Below, in pieces: positions 49,206 to 63,924 of a DNA stretch of 64,000 nt. The notes beneath the pieces are model-generated. The model was not told where the DNA came from. It saw only the letters and a list, made by a program, of their open reading frames with translations, and did not search any database. The stretch is from NCBI GenBank assembly GCA_951406725.2, contig OX597827.1, positions 50,592,001 to 50,656,000 on the forward strand, in the 5' to 3' direction. A program made the translations under genes and the position numbers. The DNA comes from Octopus vulgaris (lineage: Eukaryota). Each line of letters opens with the position of its first letter. The stretch's first letter is position 1.

Positions 49206-50739
49206 CACAGAGTGAGTATATATAATATAGACACCCGTAATCATTAGCATACATATATAGATGTACATATACATATACTGAGAATGCATAAACATAAGTA
49301 AACGTAAACATAGGCTGACATTTACATAGATATACACACATGCTAAAATACTCTTAAACTTTCAAAAATTGTAAAGATTAAGATGCAAAAGCTAAGTCTG
49401 AGTAAAATATAGGACGAAAATTTCCGATTTTGAATGAAAACAAGAAAGAGCAAAGCATTGAATTTCAATAATTTTCTCTCGGTGGCATTTTTGTTCTGTG
49501 CCTGAAACATATTATTTTTTTGAAGTTATATTATAAACTGTGAGACAGCGTATATGTCGTTCATTGTCTGGCATTCTATTCACTTGAAGATATTTCCCTC
49601 TCAGTCACATATTTTCAACTTCTATTGTTGCTAGCAATCTCATTTAGTCATCACTAACTATGACAGTCAAAATCCCCAGCTGTTCTCTCACAATATCGAT
49701 CAATGAATTCATGCACATCTTTCGTGATTGCCATAGAAAGAAATGACTATCATGGAAATTATTCAAAATGTTTCATTATAAATATCAACATAAAACCAGT
49801 CCCCACAGACTTGAGCATTAACTCACCAACGTATTTTAAAGTTATGTTGTAGTAGCAAACCGAATCAAGCCTGAAGTGCAATAACAAATGCCCTGCCAAT
49901 ATGATATATTATTGCACATATCCTAGTTTTCTTTTTATGCAATTGTCATAATGAAGTGTTTCATTTATATTTAGTATTACTATGTTACTACAAGTAGTAA
50001 CGTGGGAGAAACGGTACATCAGCGAACTAAATAATTTAGTTCCTTTATGGACGTTTAAAATCTAAAGACAACAAACAAGGGGAATACTTTCAACAATATC
50101 CGTTGATGCACATTAGAGTGGACCTGTTATGAAAAGCAACTGATGAAATCAATATGCATGTTTCTATAGAATTAGAACTCCTTAGTAAAATATATTCTAC
50201 TCAGCAGAAGTGATTAGCATACATAAAAATAAAGGCAATATAGAAACGCAGATTATGAGTGTATACGATATACTTGCTAATTAATATCCCTGAGAAGTGT
50301 TCTGTATTTCATTTCCCTAAAGTAAATAGGTCAAACGATACTTTATGTGTATTGAGTATGTTTAGCGCATATAACTTTCACTCACCCATATTGTTGACAT
50401 CCATTGTTACACTCTGCCATATTGTTGACATAACAAATTTCCTTTATTTTTCAATATATATTGATCAAATCTGAATACAATATACTTCTCTAAGGAGGTT
50501 CAATACGATCTAAAAACATGTCTATTGCTTTTACCACTTGTCTTTAAAGTTGAAATCTCTCTAATTTCCATTGTCTTCCATTATTCCAAATTTGAATTTG
50601 TTGATTTATCGCGTTATCTCCCTTGCTTATTTTTTCTGATTTTAAACACTGATTGTATGAATAATCTTAGTTTGTAAAACCTGGAGTACGGTCGATATGT
50701 TATCTATAGTGCAGAAATCTAAACTTCCAAACAACATGA

Positions 50740-50865
50740 GGAGAGCCTCTTTCAAGCAACTGTTATCTCTGTTCTGTTGTATGACTGCTCAGCATAGACC
50801 CAAACCTCAAAATTGGAAAGAAAAATTGATGGAACCTACACTCGCATACTAAGAGTGGCTTTAAG
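50740..50865 (+). mobile_element. RTE-clade LINE fragment
   Basis: LFQATVISVLLYDCSA*TQTSKLERKIDGTYTRILRVAL, the typical RTE post-RT motif. Confidence 0.6.
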
Positions 50866-52539
50866 AGGAAAGGAGATAAAACCTATAAAATCAGTTGATC
50901 GAATTTTTCGACAATCGAGTGAATAGAAAATAAAGTAGATTTGGTCTTTAAAACCAACTGATAAAAGCCATGGAATGTTTTTTTTTTATGTTATGAGATC
51001 ACAGCGTAGCATATTCGACTCAATTGGCAAGAAGCGTGATCGATATAATATAGAAATGGAAGGAATGAAAGTGAAGCTGATTATGAATATCAGCATTTGT
51101 TAATTTTAATTTTCTCCAGCAATTTGATTGCATATGTGGGTTAGTATATAGGTATATTTGTTTATTTTTGTGTAGGTATTAGTTTGTACGTTGGTGGGGT
51201 TTTGTTTGTGTGTGTTTGTTGGTGTGTACCTGCACACGTGTATTCATGTGTTTGAATGTGTGTATGTATGTGTTTGCCTGTATACATGTGTGTATGTGTG
51301 TGTGTGTGTGTGTGTGTGCATGAATGCGTTTCAATATCTACTGTCTACATGCAATGGAACAAAAGTTCACATGGCATGAAATACAAACCTGCTAGAAAAC
51401 CAGAATTCTCTCACTGTTCTCGACAATGGAAGTTATAAATAAATTGGCTTGCATGAAGATCATTTCTAAAGTAGAACTGGGAACACAGCTGAAGTAATCA
51501 AGGTGTGATAATATAATGCAACAATGCTTCATATGCCAATCGGAACATTTACTCTGAGTTTGTTGGGGTTTTTTCCTTTTCAAAAAAATCAATGGCCCAC
51601 AATGCAATCGATGTGTTGGTCCCTTTTCTCCTGACTATGCATTCTTTTGCATATATTTGGGATATCGGTTCAGAAGTTTGATTCAATCAGACAATTCAAA
51701 CAAAAGATCCTCTAGATCTAAGAAGCCATCAGGAGTATTTTTATTTTATTTTATGTATCAACAGAAATATTATCATTGTTGCAAGAGTGGGAAAAGATCA
51801 AGACCATTTTTAAGATTTCCATACAATCTAGTAAACAATAGAAGATGCTTACGAACCAACGATGTAACCTCTATTCATCACTCTGTCTGATAGAAATAGC
51901 AGCTAGGCCCCTCACAAATTTTACCTCAAATTTCTTAAAAAGGCAAGTAAATATTTTATTACGTAGTTCTGCATACACTGTTACAACAACCAAAAATGAG
52001 ACGAGCATGTCTGAGTTTCCTTAGTCTGAAACTAAACGAAAACAGCAACAGGAATGAGCTCAAAAGTTAAAACTCCTGCAAATCACACTTTACTGTCTTG
52101 GAAAAGGAAGGACACATTCATACCTTAGAATCTTAAAAAGTAAAGGATATGTTTAATATCCGCGGTATAGCAATAGAGGAACGAAAATACGATCACAATC
52201 GGATTAGGTTTGAGTGAATGAGAAGGGGGCGTACGTTTTGCCATAAACTGTCTGGAAAACAGTACAGTATCGCTATATGTCGGAAAAATCCAACTTCTAG
52301 AAGCAACACACACACAGACAGCTCTCAAATAAATATGGGTAGATATAAATTACATGACCTGGACAAGGCAGTTTGGGTAGAATTCCATAGTTCCCATATG
52401 CAACCAGAAACTCATCTTCTACCCAACATTTTTAGGGAGAAGGAGCTGCCCTGTTAAGATAATGAGAGCTCCTCCTGGACTGAACATCTGGTGGCCGAAC
52501 GGAGAGGAATTTTAGGGATGGTCTCTCTCCAGATCAAAC

Positions 52540-52665
52540 AGGAGAATGTGAAAAGGATCCCAAAGTTTATCCATCTGCCTAATTGAGTGTTACTGTTGAG
52601 GGTAGAAAGCTGAGATGCCAATTGTGTGGTGCTGAAATTCACTTAAAAACCTTTTTGCCCTTAAC
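52540..52665 (+). pseudogene. LINE ORF1-like zinc-knuckle remnant
   Basis: IPKFIHL...VTVEGRKLRCQLCGAEIHLK..(frameshift)CP fits CX2CX4HX4C, followed by a low-complexity T/A/N-rich stretch. Confidence 0.5.
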
Positions 52666-54273
52666 AAAAAACAGGGATGTGGAGGCCCCTTACTAATGCC
52701 AATATCACAGTCCCAACAATGAAAGCAGTGTACAACACTGGCAGCAGAACCAATACGAACAACTGTAGTAATAGAAGCAACAGCGAAAACACAAATGATT
52801 GCAGATGCATCTGCACCAACAACAGTAGCAGTACCAACACCAACAACTGCAGCATAACGAAGAACAGCAAAACTAACAACAGAATCAAAATCCGCCAGCC
52901 AGAAAAATGTCTATCTTAACTTCTTTTACTTTCCTTCCCGTCTCTTCTTTCAAACAGAACCACACACTTGAACTCACACACGAAATCGTACTCCCAGCCT
53001 CACTAGCAGCGGATCTTTCTGACGTGGAAATCTTAACTTGCGATGAACAGAGAAAACGACAATCAAAAACTAATGAAAAGTTGATGCCATTTAACGCAGA
53101 AAAGGAAAGGATTGAAACAGAGTGAGAGGTCTTCGAGACCGGTACTTTCAAGGTGCCACAAATTTGAAAATAATAAGGATGGGCTTAGAGATATATAAAA
53201 TAATGAGGGGTAATTTTCCTAATGTTGTGTGATGCCCCAGCGCAAGGGCATAATAACCAAATCTCCCTAAAATTCCACCTTAATGTCATAAGAAGTGATA
53301 AATGTAGTAACTGATGTACAAATAGGCAGTACCGTCACATCTGCTACTGGAGCTAAAACACACTAAGAACAACATTATTTGATCGTAATAATTATAGAAA
53401 TTAATTCACTTACAAACAGCTGCAAACTCTTTATTTTTATGTGTGTAATTTATAAACATTGTAGCTACTAATTTTTTGCTTGTTCATCTAATTGTATTTA
53501 TGAGGCGGCCATAGATGTAAGTTAGGTTCAGCAGAGGTCTTGAGCGAAATAAAATTGCTAATTAAATGCAGAGGACAGAGAATTAATTTGTGTTAGGTAT
53601 TGCTACAATATAGTTATACCTGTATTTCAGCTCAATGTAGCCTTTTAGTACACATATTAAAATAAGCATTAATATTAATTCATGTTGCTATGACTATATT
53701 CCACTCATTTGGATAGACTGGTCTACATTCTTGTATACTTAACGATCATTAATACTTAGAGGCCGGTAAGATTTGTTATGTACATAAAATGCTGTTGATG
53801 AAATATTCATATTAGAAGTATGATAGTGTCCTGGTGCATATACTTCGTGGAGGGTGATTTATCAGCTAGTAAGTGTGCTAAGTATCAAGTTTGATGGGGC
53901 TAAAGTAACAATAACAGGGAGAGAGAGAGAGAGAGAGAGAGAGACAAGGCGAAAGTAACAGCTATTGCTTGTTTGTGGAACATGTATTTGAATAAAAATA
54001 TATTATTAATAAACGAGAGTAGATGAAAATAGGAAATAAAATCAAAGAAAATAAAGGCTATTGTGTCGCAAGACAAAAGGGTGGCAAAGAGCATGATATG
54101 TATAAATTATTAAACAATGCATTTACAAGGAAACAATATCGATAAAACTTGGTGGCTATATAGCTACCAAACCATCAATCTAATCTATTTGGCGTTAACA
54201 TCCGACTCTCTCTCTCTCTCTTTCTTTTTCTCTCTCTTTCTCTCCCTATATACATACGTACATACATACATAC

Positions 54274-54324
<51 letters not shown>

Positions 54325-54518
54325 GTGTTTGTGAATATGTTAGCGAGCAAAAAGGGCGGAAATAGATTAGAAAGAGGTTTAGACCTTAGTCAGGCAATCT
54401 CATATATACCGACGTCGATGAAATGTGGATGTACAGCTTGCAATCAGCTTATCATATCTAAGATTTGGTATGTTTCTTTTCGTTTTCTTCACTTACTGTC
54501 ACTTTCTGTAGACGTATG

Positions 54519-54552
<34 letters not shown>

Positions 54553-54611
54553 TGAATGTATGTATAGGTAGGTAGATAGATAGATAGACAGTTAGATAGA
54601 CAAATAGATAA

Positions 54612-55448
<837 letters not shown>

Positions 55449-56112
55449 CAGACAGATTTGAGTTTGTGTATGTGTGAGTGTTTGTGGCAGGGTATGTGCA
55501 ATTTTTTCCTTTATTTTGTTCAACGGAAACACAAAGGAACTTAATATCAAACAAAATCATAGTTCAGGATTAAAAATATAATTGCTGCTTCCACGCATAC
55601 TTATGTGTGTACGTGCTTGTGTGTTAGAATAAAAGTAAGTTGATGTTCGAGTTGAATCTTTTTTATTAATGATTATTCATCTTTCTCTATTAGGCCTTCA
55701 GATCTACATTGGAACCATAATATTATCAAATCCTTTAATATTCTAAAACTTTCTCAGCCTCTGCTTCTCAAGGAAATCTCGATAGTGGTGCAGTAAGTAG
55801 CTTTAAAGTAAGCAACAAGAGATCGTAAGAAACCTGTAATGTGTGTGTGTGTGTGTGTGTGTATGTGTGTGTGTGTGTGTGTGCGTGTGCGCTATGTGTG
55901 TCTGTCTTTCTCTGTGTGTGTGTGAATGAACAAACGAGGGAGCATTCAACACAGTTACAATTGTGTTTGTGTGTGTATAGTATATAAACACATATATGTA
56001 TATACTTATACACAAATAAACATACATATACACACACGCACACATGCACGCAGACACACAGACACATATTTTTAATCATCATCATCATCATCATCATAAT
56101 CGTCATCATCAT

Positions 56113-57650
56113 TTAATGCCTGTTTTCCATGCTGGCATGGGTTGGACGGCTTGACAGGAACTGGCAAGGTCAGGGGCCGCACCAGATTCCATATGTCTGT
56201 TTTGGCTTAGTTTCTACAGCTGGAGGTCCTTCCCAATGCCAACCACTTTACAGAGTGTACTGAATGATTTTTATGTGGCAGCAGCACCAACACCAATACT
56301 TTTAACGTGGCACTTTGGTTTTAAGATCTCAATTCTGTTGTGACAGGCGAGTCTTCTTGAGTACAGCAGCACCCCACATACCCAGTAGGTCTTCCACACC
56401 CCTGTGATCTCCTTCATAAAGCTCAGCGTCTAGATATAGGCCTTTAATACTTCGTTCCATGTCTTCCTCGGTCTTCCTCCAGCACAACTTCCCTTCACTT
56501 TAAGTGATCGGCATTTTTTATGCAACTGTTCTCATCCATCTGAATCACATGATCAAACCAGCGCAGTCCTCTTATCCCTAACTTTTCTCTCAATTCTCTC
56601 GCGCACATGTACACTGTCATTGCACATCCAGCGGAGCGTACCAACTTCGTTCCTCTCAATTATTTGCATATCCTCTGCATTCGGGACTCCTATCTCACTG
56701 TCATGTAGCATTGCTGTTCGTACATATGCATCATACAATCTTCCTTTCATCCAGGAAACAGAGTAAAAGCTCTCTGAAGTTTCTCCTATTCTCATTCTAA
56801 CAACTACACTTTCTCTACTAACTCCTCCACTGCTAATTTGGTCACCTAGGTAACAGAAATTATCTTACAACTTCCAGAGAGCCTCCGGGACACTTGAGGA
56901 AATCTTATGACTCCTGTACATCTTCCACCACATACAATCAGTATTTTCTCTGATAGCCTTTCTACTATTCAACTGTACCTCTTGTGTGTCCGAATGTAAT
57001 TTCTGCCTATATCTTTCCTACAAATCGACCTCAAGTGTGACGGCTCCTGTCTGATTTCTTGCTTTCTAGAACCTTAGTCTTTGCCAAGTTAACTTTAAGA
57101 CCTTTTGATTCCGGGTTTTCTTTTCACACCTGGAATTTATTTTCTAATTCTGTTATAGATTCTGCAATGAGATTAGGCCTTTATGAATAATCTGATTAAC
57201 TATACGAGTGACTAACCTGTATCCCATTCTACCAAATATTTTAAGCATCTCAGTATTGGCACCTGATGGACCAGAGACCTTCCTTGTCTTCATATCTTCA
57301 GTTACCTTATCTATAACACTGCTAGTAGCCTTTCAAAGTAGGTCTTCCACGCCTCTTTCTTTTCAGAATCACTAAGAGTAAGCATACCGTAACTGCCCTG
57401 GCACACTTCTTCTCTACTACATATTGATTCTCTCTGACACACAGCCTGGAAATCCCGAACACCTCAAGTTTCTGATCTTCACGCTGTAAGACAGGGAAAT
57501 CTCTTCCTAGCTATATATACCTGACGCCTAGCTTCTCTTTTGGCAATCTGACATGTTTCTTTGCTACCCTCACTCTTCCAATTTTTCCAAGCCCGTCTCT
57601 TCTTTTTTATAGTCCTGACGATCCCATTGTTTCACTACCATGTCACCCTG
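56113..57650 (-). mobile_element. Decayed RTE-clade LINE with 3' UTR
   Basis: KGRLYDAYVRTAMLHDSE..NAEDMQIIERNE..LRWMC, ESKGLKVNLAKTKVL, FCYLGDQISSGG, MKTRKVSGPSGANTEMLK, GRPRKTWNEV; ends in (ATC)n. Confidence 0.85.
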
Positions 57651-57659
57651 TATATACAC

Positions 57660-57895
57660 AGAAGACGTGTGACTTAGTGGTAAGAAGCTTGTTTTCCAAC
57701 CACATTGTTCCAAATTCAGTCGCGTTGTGTAGCACTTTTGGGGCAAGTGTCTTCTACCGTAGCCTCAGACCGACTAAAGCTTTGTGAGTAGGTTTGGTAG
57801 ACGGAAATTGAAAGAAGCCCGTTGCATTTATGTGTGTGTATGTAAAAGTGTGTGTTCCCCACTACCACTTCACAACTGGTGTTCGTGTGTTTACC
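57660..57895 (+). mobile_element. SINE family S1, diverged
   Basis: GTGGTAAGAAGCTTG..GGGCAAGTGTCTTCTAC..TTTGGTAGACGGAAATTGAAAGAAGCCCG. Confidence 0.75.
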
Positions 57896-58399
57896 AAACA
57901 TACATTCATACAAAAACATGACTCTTTCTACACATAGCCATGGCATAAACCCACACTCATACCCATACGCAGAAGGCTCAGCCAACACACATGACAGTAC
58001 AGCTACAATTCAATGAAAATACATACGCATACAATCACAGCAACAATGTCGGTTATGCCCCACATTTGTATGCATACATTTAAATGGTATACTCCAATGC
58101 ACATAGACACACGTTACTAATACTTAAAATAACAGAAAATAAACATACTTAAAAAACACGTACACGGATACACGCACACACATGCACACACACTTGTCTT
58201 GACTATACATTCACACATACTAGCTCATCTATATAGCGGAATTAGACACAAAATAAAGGATCTTTCATACTTCCTTAAATTAGCAAGTAAAACACACAAA
58301 GGATTAAAAAGAAAACGGAAGCAAATACTACAGAAATATACTATTCCTGTAGTATATACAGAAATATACAACAGAAATACATAGTATATAGATTCTGCA

Positions 58400-58548
58400 A
58401 CGAAGGTTAGGTCACTCACTAGAGATTACGCCTTTATGAATAATCTGATTGACTGTACGAGTGATTAGACTGTAAACTATTCTACCAAATATTTTAAGCA
58501 TCTCAGTATTGACACCTGATGGACCAGAGGCCTTCCTTGTCTTCATAT
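58400..58548 (-). mobile_element. Second RTE fragment, similar to 57177-57297
   Basis: CCTTTATGAATAATCTGATT..ACCAAATATTTTAAGCATCTCAGTATTG..CTGATGGACCAGAG..CCTTCCTTGTCTTCATAT is repeated. Confidence 0.75.
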
Positions 58549-59329
58549 GTGAGATGATTTTTAAAAGAAATGGTCTTCTCTTCGACGCAAGAGTAATAAA
58601 GCGTTACGAATATGACACTAACGTTGCACAGTCTTAAGAAGTTGAATGTACAAAATGAGTGCCACATCGGAACAATAGTGAATAAAAACAGTTCAAATAA
58701 TAATCTAGATGCTACAAACATAAGCTGGAAAATACCAGAAAATCTTAAAGTTTGAAACTTTTGATTAAGATATTTAAAATGTTCGCAACCAGGGAAAACT
58801 ATTTTAATCTCCAAAATTTAAGGAATAACAAAATTATCCGAAAATAGTGACCTATAACTTCCTTTACTTTTGAGAAAATGACACTGTGTTGCATTAAACA
58901 AAATCCCCAAGTCCCAAAACATTTAAATACACCAGTCTCTGCAACTAGAAATGATTATACTTATAATGCAAAAAATATATAATAAAGTATTCAAAGAAAT
59001 CTAACACAAATAGCTGCGAACCATGTGCTAAACAAAAGGCAACATTTACAAGAAGAAGCTGGAGGGAATAGAGGTGGAGAACAAACAATTGATTCTATTA
59101 AAGAATTTTAAAAGAAATAAACTAAAATTTTGATACAAAATATCATGGTAAGAAAACTTTGATTATAGCAAGAAAACTTTCATTATGGACAACAATACTA
59201 CGCAGAAGATAAAGAAAAAACTGTCATTGAACGAAAATTAAATGAGTCAAGGCTGAAGCCAAAATATTTTATATAATTTTACAAGACGACAACTTTCCTA
59301 ATAGAAACTTACAAAAACGTTAAATGTAG

Positions 59330-59700
59330 CAGAAATCATATTATTTCAGGCTGTCCAGTCTTAGCCAAAAGGGTAAATATCTACAACTTTGAAAGTCTTG
59401 AAACTTTTACAGACTGGAAATTATGCCAGTATTATTAAATAGTACGGAGAAAAAGTTATACATCTTATATTTCAAAATACCACAGAGAATAACAAATGTT
59501 TATATTCTGGATCATTCTAATTCACTTTTGTTGAAACATTTAGGCAACATAGTTGTCATCTAATCAATGCATCATTTCCAACAAACGGTAATATTATGCC
59601 TTAAAAAGAAAACAGAGAAATTATCCAAATATAAAATTCAGAAAAAGAGAGATAACCAAAGTGCTAGAATTGAAAACAAAATAATACACTTTAGGATGTC
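59330..59700 (+). mobile_element. R4/Dong-type fragment, highly decayed
   Basis: HIISGCPVLAK..WKLCQYY..EKLSKYK motifs. Confidence 0.55.
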
Positions 59701-60473
59701 GTTTTGTTAATAACAATGCGACTAATGTTTACATTTGAAAACAATGAGACACAAAAAGTTGATTTCCATACTTATAATGGTTATTAGATGTAGTCGTTTT
59801 GATTCTATATTTGTTGCACTAAATAGAATAAGAAGCTTACAGCTATAGAACTCACTACTGTTGTCAACTCCTGAGATAAAATATGTTCCAGTCGAGACAA
59901 TACCATATTTTTTCGGACACGATACATACGGAATTACATTTCTCAATTTGTCGATAATTTTTAAACAGCTGGGTATGGTTTAAGAAGGCATTTTATTATA
60001 ACTTGCATATCAAGTGATCGTATAGATGATGGTCTTGTTTCATTTCATCTGGTTGTTTGTTAGAAATATGGCTTCGTAGATTACGTTCTGAAAAAGTAAA
60101 AGAATTATGAAATGTGCTCAACGAGAAGGATATACTTTATCTTAAAAAACGATTATAACTTGGCATTTTATATTATTCGAATAAAGATATATTTCCAGCA
60201 ATAGATTCGGATAGCTTTCTTGAAATAATAATGATTTATATAGCTACCTTTATTAACGAAACTGAAACATTGTTAAAATAGTAAACACAATAAGAAAGCA
60301 AAAACAGATCTTAATTGTTGAATTATGTGAAACAGTTGGATAATCACTGATGAACATAATAAGAAGCTGCAAAGATATTACTATTTAACAGTGTCGATTC
60401 TTGAGGGCAAATGCGTAAATTGCAAGGTCGGTAATAGAATTATAGTAGTAGAAGGTATAACATTTCTCTCTCT

Positions 60474-60522
<49 letters not shown>

Positions 60523-61388
60523 ACACACACATACTCACACACACATGCTCGCGCGCTCTCTCTCTCTCCCACCCACCCACCCACATGCACTCTCTCTCTC
60601 CCTCTCTCTGACGTTAAAACGCGGAGAATTTAAAATTTGTCTATTAATCTTTCGTTACACACTGCAGAATGTTTAAATTTGCAATCATGTTAAATGAATG
60701 ATGAAATATCAGAAGAAATTGCTGAGGTAGAGACAGAGCAAAGGAAAGAAGAGAGAAGCAGGATTAATAAAGCAGTCTTCGCATTCTGACAGCTTTCATC
60801 TTTAAAAAGATGGGAGATGGAAAGAAAGAAAGAAAGGTCGGAGGAAAAGAGATAAAGAAAGGAAAGGGAACGAGAAAGAATAAACCCGAAAAAGAGAATA
60901 AAAATAGCAGAGTCTCAGGTCAAAGTACCAAGCAGCATAGTGTAAGGTTGAGAAAAAGAACCCGAGGTGAAACTGTCGGAAAATCGAATGCTGTGTGATT
61001 TAGAGGAAGTAACAAAATTTCTGAAATTAGATATTATTAAAAAATTTTTTAACATATTTTTTAAAATATATTTTCTCAAAATTTATTTACTAGCCATCTT
61101 CCTTCCTTAGCCTTTTTCGCCTCTCCACCCCTCTTTCTCTCTCGCTCTCGCTCTCTCCCCTTTCTCCCTTTCCTTCACTATTATTCATTCGTTGTCCAAC
61201 CTCTACTTGCATTCACAAATTTCAATATAGATTCTATTTCGTTTTGGGATTTGGTTTGCAAGGTTCTTTATGTGAGTTCATGTGTTGAAGCATATTCTGT
61301 TGTGTCTGGGGAGATTCATTCTCTTTTAGTGCCTTCTAATTTAATACACACACCGGTAAAATTTCCACTCATTTACTAATTTATTTTT

Positions 61389-61427
61389 CTAAAATATTTT
61401 CATAGCGTCTTGCAACCCTTTCAATAG
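61389..61427 (-). ncRNA. Degenerate minimal hammerhead motif (family E, U3:A8)
   Basis: Minus strand CTA-TTGAAAG-G-GTTGC(AAGAC)GCTAT-GAAA-ATAT-TT-TAG; helix I CUA/UAG, helix III AAUAUU; lesions at position 9 and in helix II. Confidence 0.4.
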
Positions 61428-61699
61428 TTGTTGACGCTGTCCGTTAGCCAAGCTGCGTTCTTTTTGTTCGTGCGCATGTGTGTGTATGTATATACGTATG
61501 TATGCATGCATGTATGTATGTATGTATGTATGTATGTATGTATGTATGTATGTATGTATGTATGTATGTATGTATGCATGTAACTGTGTGTATGCATGTA
61601 TGTATGTGTGCGTATGTACATCGGTTAGATAACATTATATATAATGAAACCAGTAGTGCCTGCTCTAGATATAGAAGCAAAAGTTGGAATAGGATACAA

Positions 61700-62230
61700 A
61701 GACCTTGTGTCAAAGTAAACAGGGTGAACACGTGGTATAGAACAGAAAAATATCAAGGAGTGATGTTTGTAGAGGCCACAGGCCACGGAGAACTAGCTCG
61801 TAGGTTTAGGAAAGCTCTGAAGGAGACCAAACTCAACATTAACATTGTTGAAAAGCCAGGGAACTGCATCAGATCACAACTATGTAGGAGGTACCCCTTC
61901 GAGAATACCATATGCACCAATGCTAACAGCATGGTATGGAGGATTAGCCCTGGCATTAACTGTAGAACTAGAAATGTAGTCTTCATAGTCTACATCATAG
62001 GATCCATAGAAAGTACTTGTAAAGATATGAACATGACATACATAGGTGAGACATCTAGAAGCATTGCGGTAAGACAATATGACAACACTCCATCCTCTAG
62101 CAAAATACCAAGGACCAACATGGTGACAACCTGGGTCAACTTGACACCTGCATTTTATCCAAGCATCCAAAGGATCCAACACTCAGACAAATACAAGAGT
62201 ACGTCCTCATAAATGAAACATCCCCAGTAC
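61700..62230 (+). pseudogene. Penelope-like element linker plus GIY-YIG endonuclease fragment
   Basis: WYRTEKYQGVMFVEAT..GELARRFRKAL..IVEKPG..PF....C....NCRTRNVVF..C....TYIGETSRSIAVR; frameshifted afterwards. Confidence 0.85.
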
Positions 62231-62512
62231 GAAATAGGTACTAAATATAGGTAGTAGATGTTCATAACCCCATACCCACAGTTTAAATTTATATACAAGT
62301 AGAATAGTTAGATGGCTGTTATCTAGATGTATGTACGTGTGTGTTTGTGTACACATCTTTATGTATATGCACATGTATATAGGCAAATGGATATGAAAGT
62401 AAACAGATAGACACACAAACGGATAGGTACATAGATAATATGAACAGACAAGCACACATACACACATACACAAATGAAGACTGAAACACATGACCATATA
62501 CACACACACATT

Positions 62513-62571
<59 letters not shown>

Positions 62572-62577
62572 TATCTG

Positions 62578-62705
62578 TGTCGAAGAGCGTAGGCTCGAAA
62601 CATAAAATACTTTTTCTATTTCTATTCCTGAGCGCTATACTAATACATTTGTTTGTTTCTACTCCACCTGCTTTCGTCTTTCGTTTACTTTTGTAAACTT
62701 TCTCT
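62578..62705 (+). mobile_element. Family B hammerhead repeat, 5'-truncated inside the ribozyme core
   Basis: TGTCGA-A-GAGC(GTAG)GCTC-GAAA-CA-TA-AAA..TTCCTGAGCG..TACTAATACAT..CCACCTG..TTCGTCTTT. Confidence 0.6.
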
Positions 62706-62790
62706 TTTGTAAACATGCCCCAGCATGGCCACAGCTCATTAGCTGAAACTGGAAAAATCAAAATCAAATCAAAACCATATATATATATAT

Positions 62791-62949
62791 AGTCCACTGT
62801 ATTATCTTCTATACGGCTTTGGTGGCAACATCTCGGAATTTTCTTACTTTTTGTTCATATATATGCATACATGTGTGTGTGTGTGAAAAACATAGTGAGA
62901 AAATTCTGAGATATTGCCACCTATACTGTATAGAAGAATACAGTGAACT
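62791..62949. repeat. Imperfect hairpin (about 65-bp arms, microsatellite in loop)
   Basis: CACTGTATT..CTTCTATAC..GGTGGCAACATCTCGGAATTTTCT / GAGAAAATTCTGAGATATTGCCACC..GTATAGAAGAATACAGTG. Confidence 0.85.
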
Positions 62950-63076
62950 TTCTCCCTCTCCTCCCACGCCCCTCATTCTTTACTAAACTAACACGCCAAA
63001 TATATCATAACACCCACATAAATGTCTTAATATGTGTACATGCGAGTGAGTGTATATGTATGAACGTGTACTTGAC

Positions 63077-63128
<52 letters not shown>

Positions 63129-63132
<4 letters not shown>

Positions 63133-63282
63133 AGTATATTTGCCACCTAAATGTGGTGGAGCCATGGGAGACGATGCTATTGTTGTTTAGAGGAAGACAC
63201 CTCCTCCATTTTCTGGGGCTATAAACAGCAGTAGCATTGTCCCCTTTGGGTCCGCCACATTTAGGTTACAAATATACTTCAC
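63129..63282. repeat. Imperfect hairpin (about 61-bp arms)
   Basis: GTGAAGTATATTTG..ACCTAAATGTGG..ATGCTA..TGTTTA / TAAACA..TAGCAT..CCACATTTAGGT..CAAATATACTTCAC. Confidence 0.88.
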
Positions 63283-63324
63283 GATTCCGTGCTGCTGCTA
63301 CTGTCGCTCAGAAATTTACTATTG

Positions 63325-63408
<84 letters not shown>

Positions 63409-63858
63409 TATTTATAATAGTATCAAATACGATTATAATTAAAGGCACAGTCAGTATCATGCCTGTACACTGAAAATAGACGCTAATTCGTCGAACCGCT
63501 CTAAATCGTCACTTTTATAATACACCCATGTTGAAAGTGAGGGAGTAGACTGACAGAGATTCATAAAATACGATAGAGAGATTCGGATTGATTAAATTCT
63601 GGATTAGTTAGATAATTCTTCCTCTATCAGCAAAGCATACTGAGCGAAATAAATGAGACATTTATACAGACCCACAAAAAAAAAAAGAAAACGCAACGCT
63701 GCGATCACATACAAATACCACAGATATATACGCATCCAATTTCGTGGTCTACTTCAACACGTGTGTATTTGCTTAGAGTAGCACGGAAGTGCCTATACTG
63801 TCCGGAAGTGGATAGAAAGTATTCAAATATAATAATAAAGGATAAAATCAGTGAATAT

Positions 63859-63920
<62 letters not shown>

Positions 63921-63924
<4 letters not shown>

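Noticed and set aside
52661-53151. Overlapping N/T/S-rich ORFs as host exons
   Set aside because: They follow a broken zinc knuckle and look like the decayed low-complexity part of a LINE ORF1; no convincing splice sites.
61478-62212. 244-aa ORF as an intact gene
   Set aside because: The N-terminus is (TATG)n microsatellite; the remainder is a frameshifted Penelope GIY-YIG fragment without RT.
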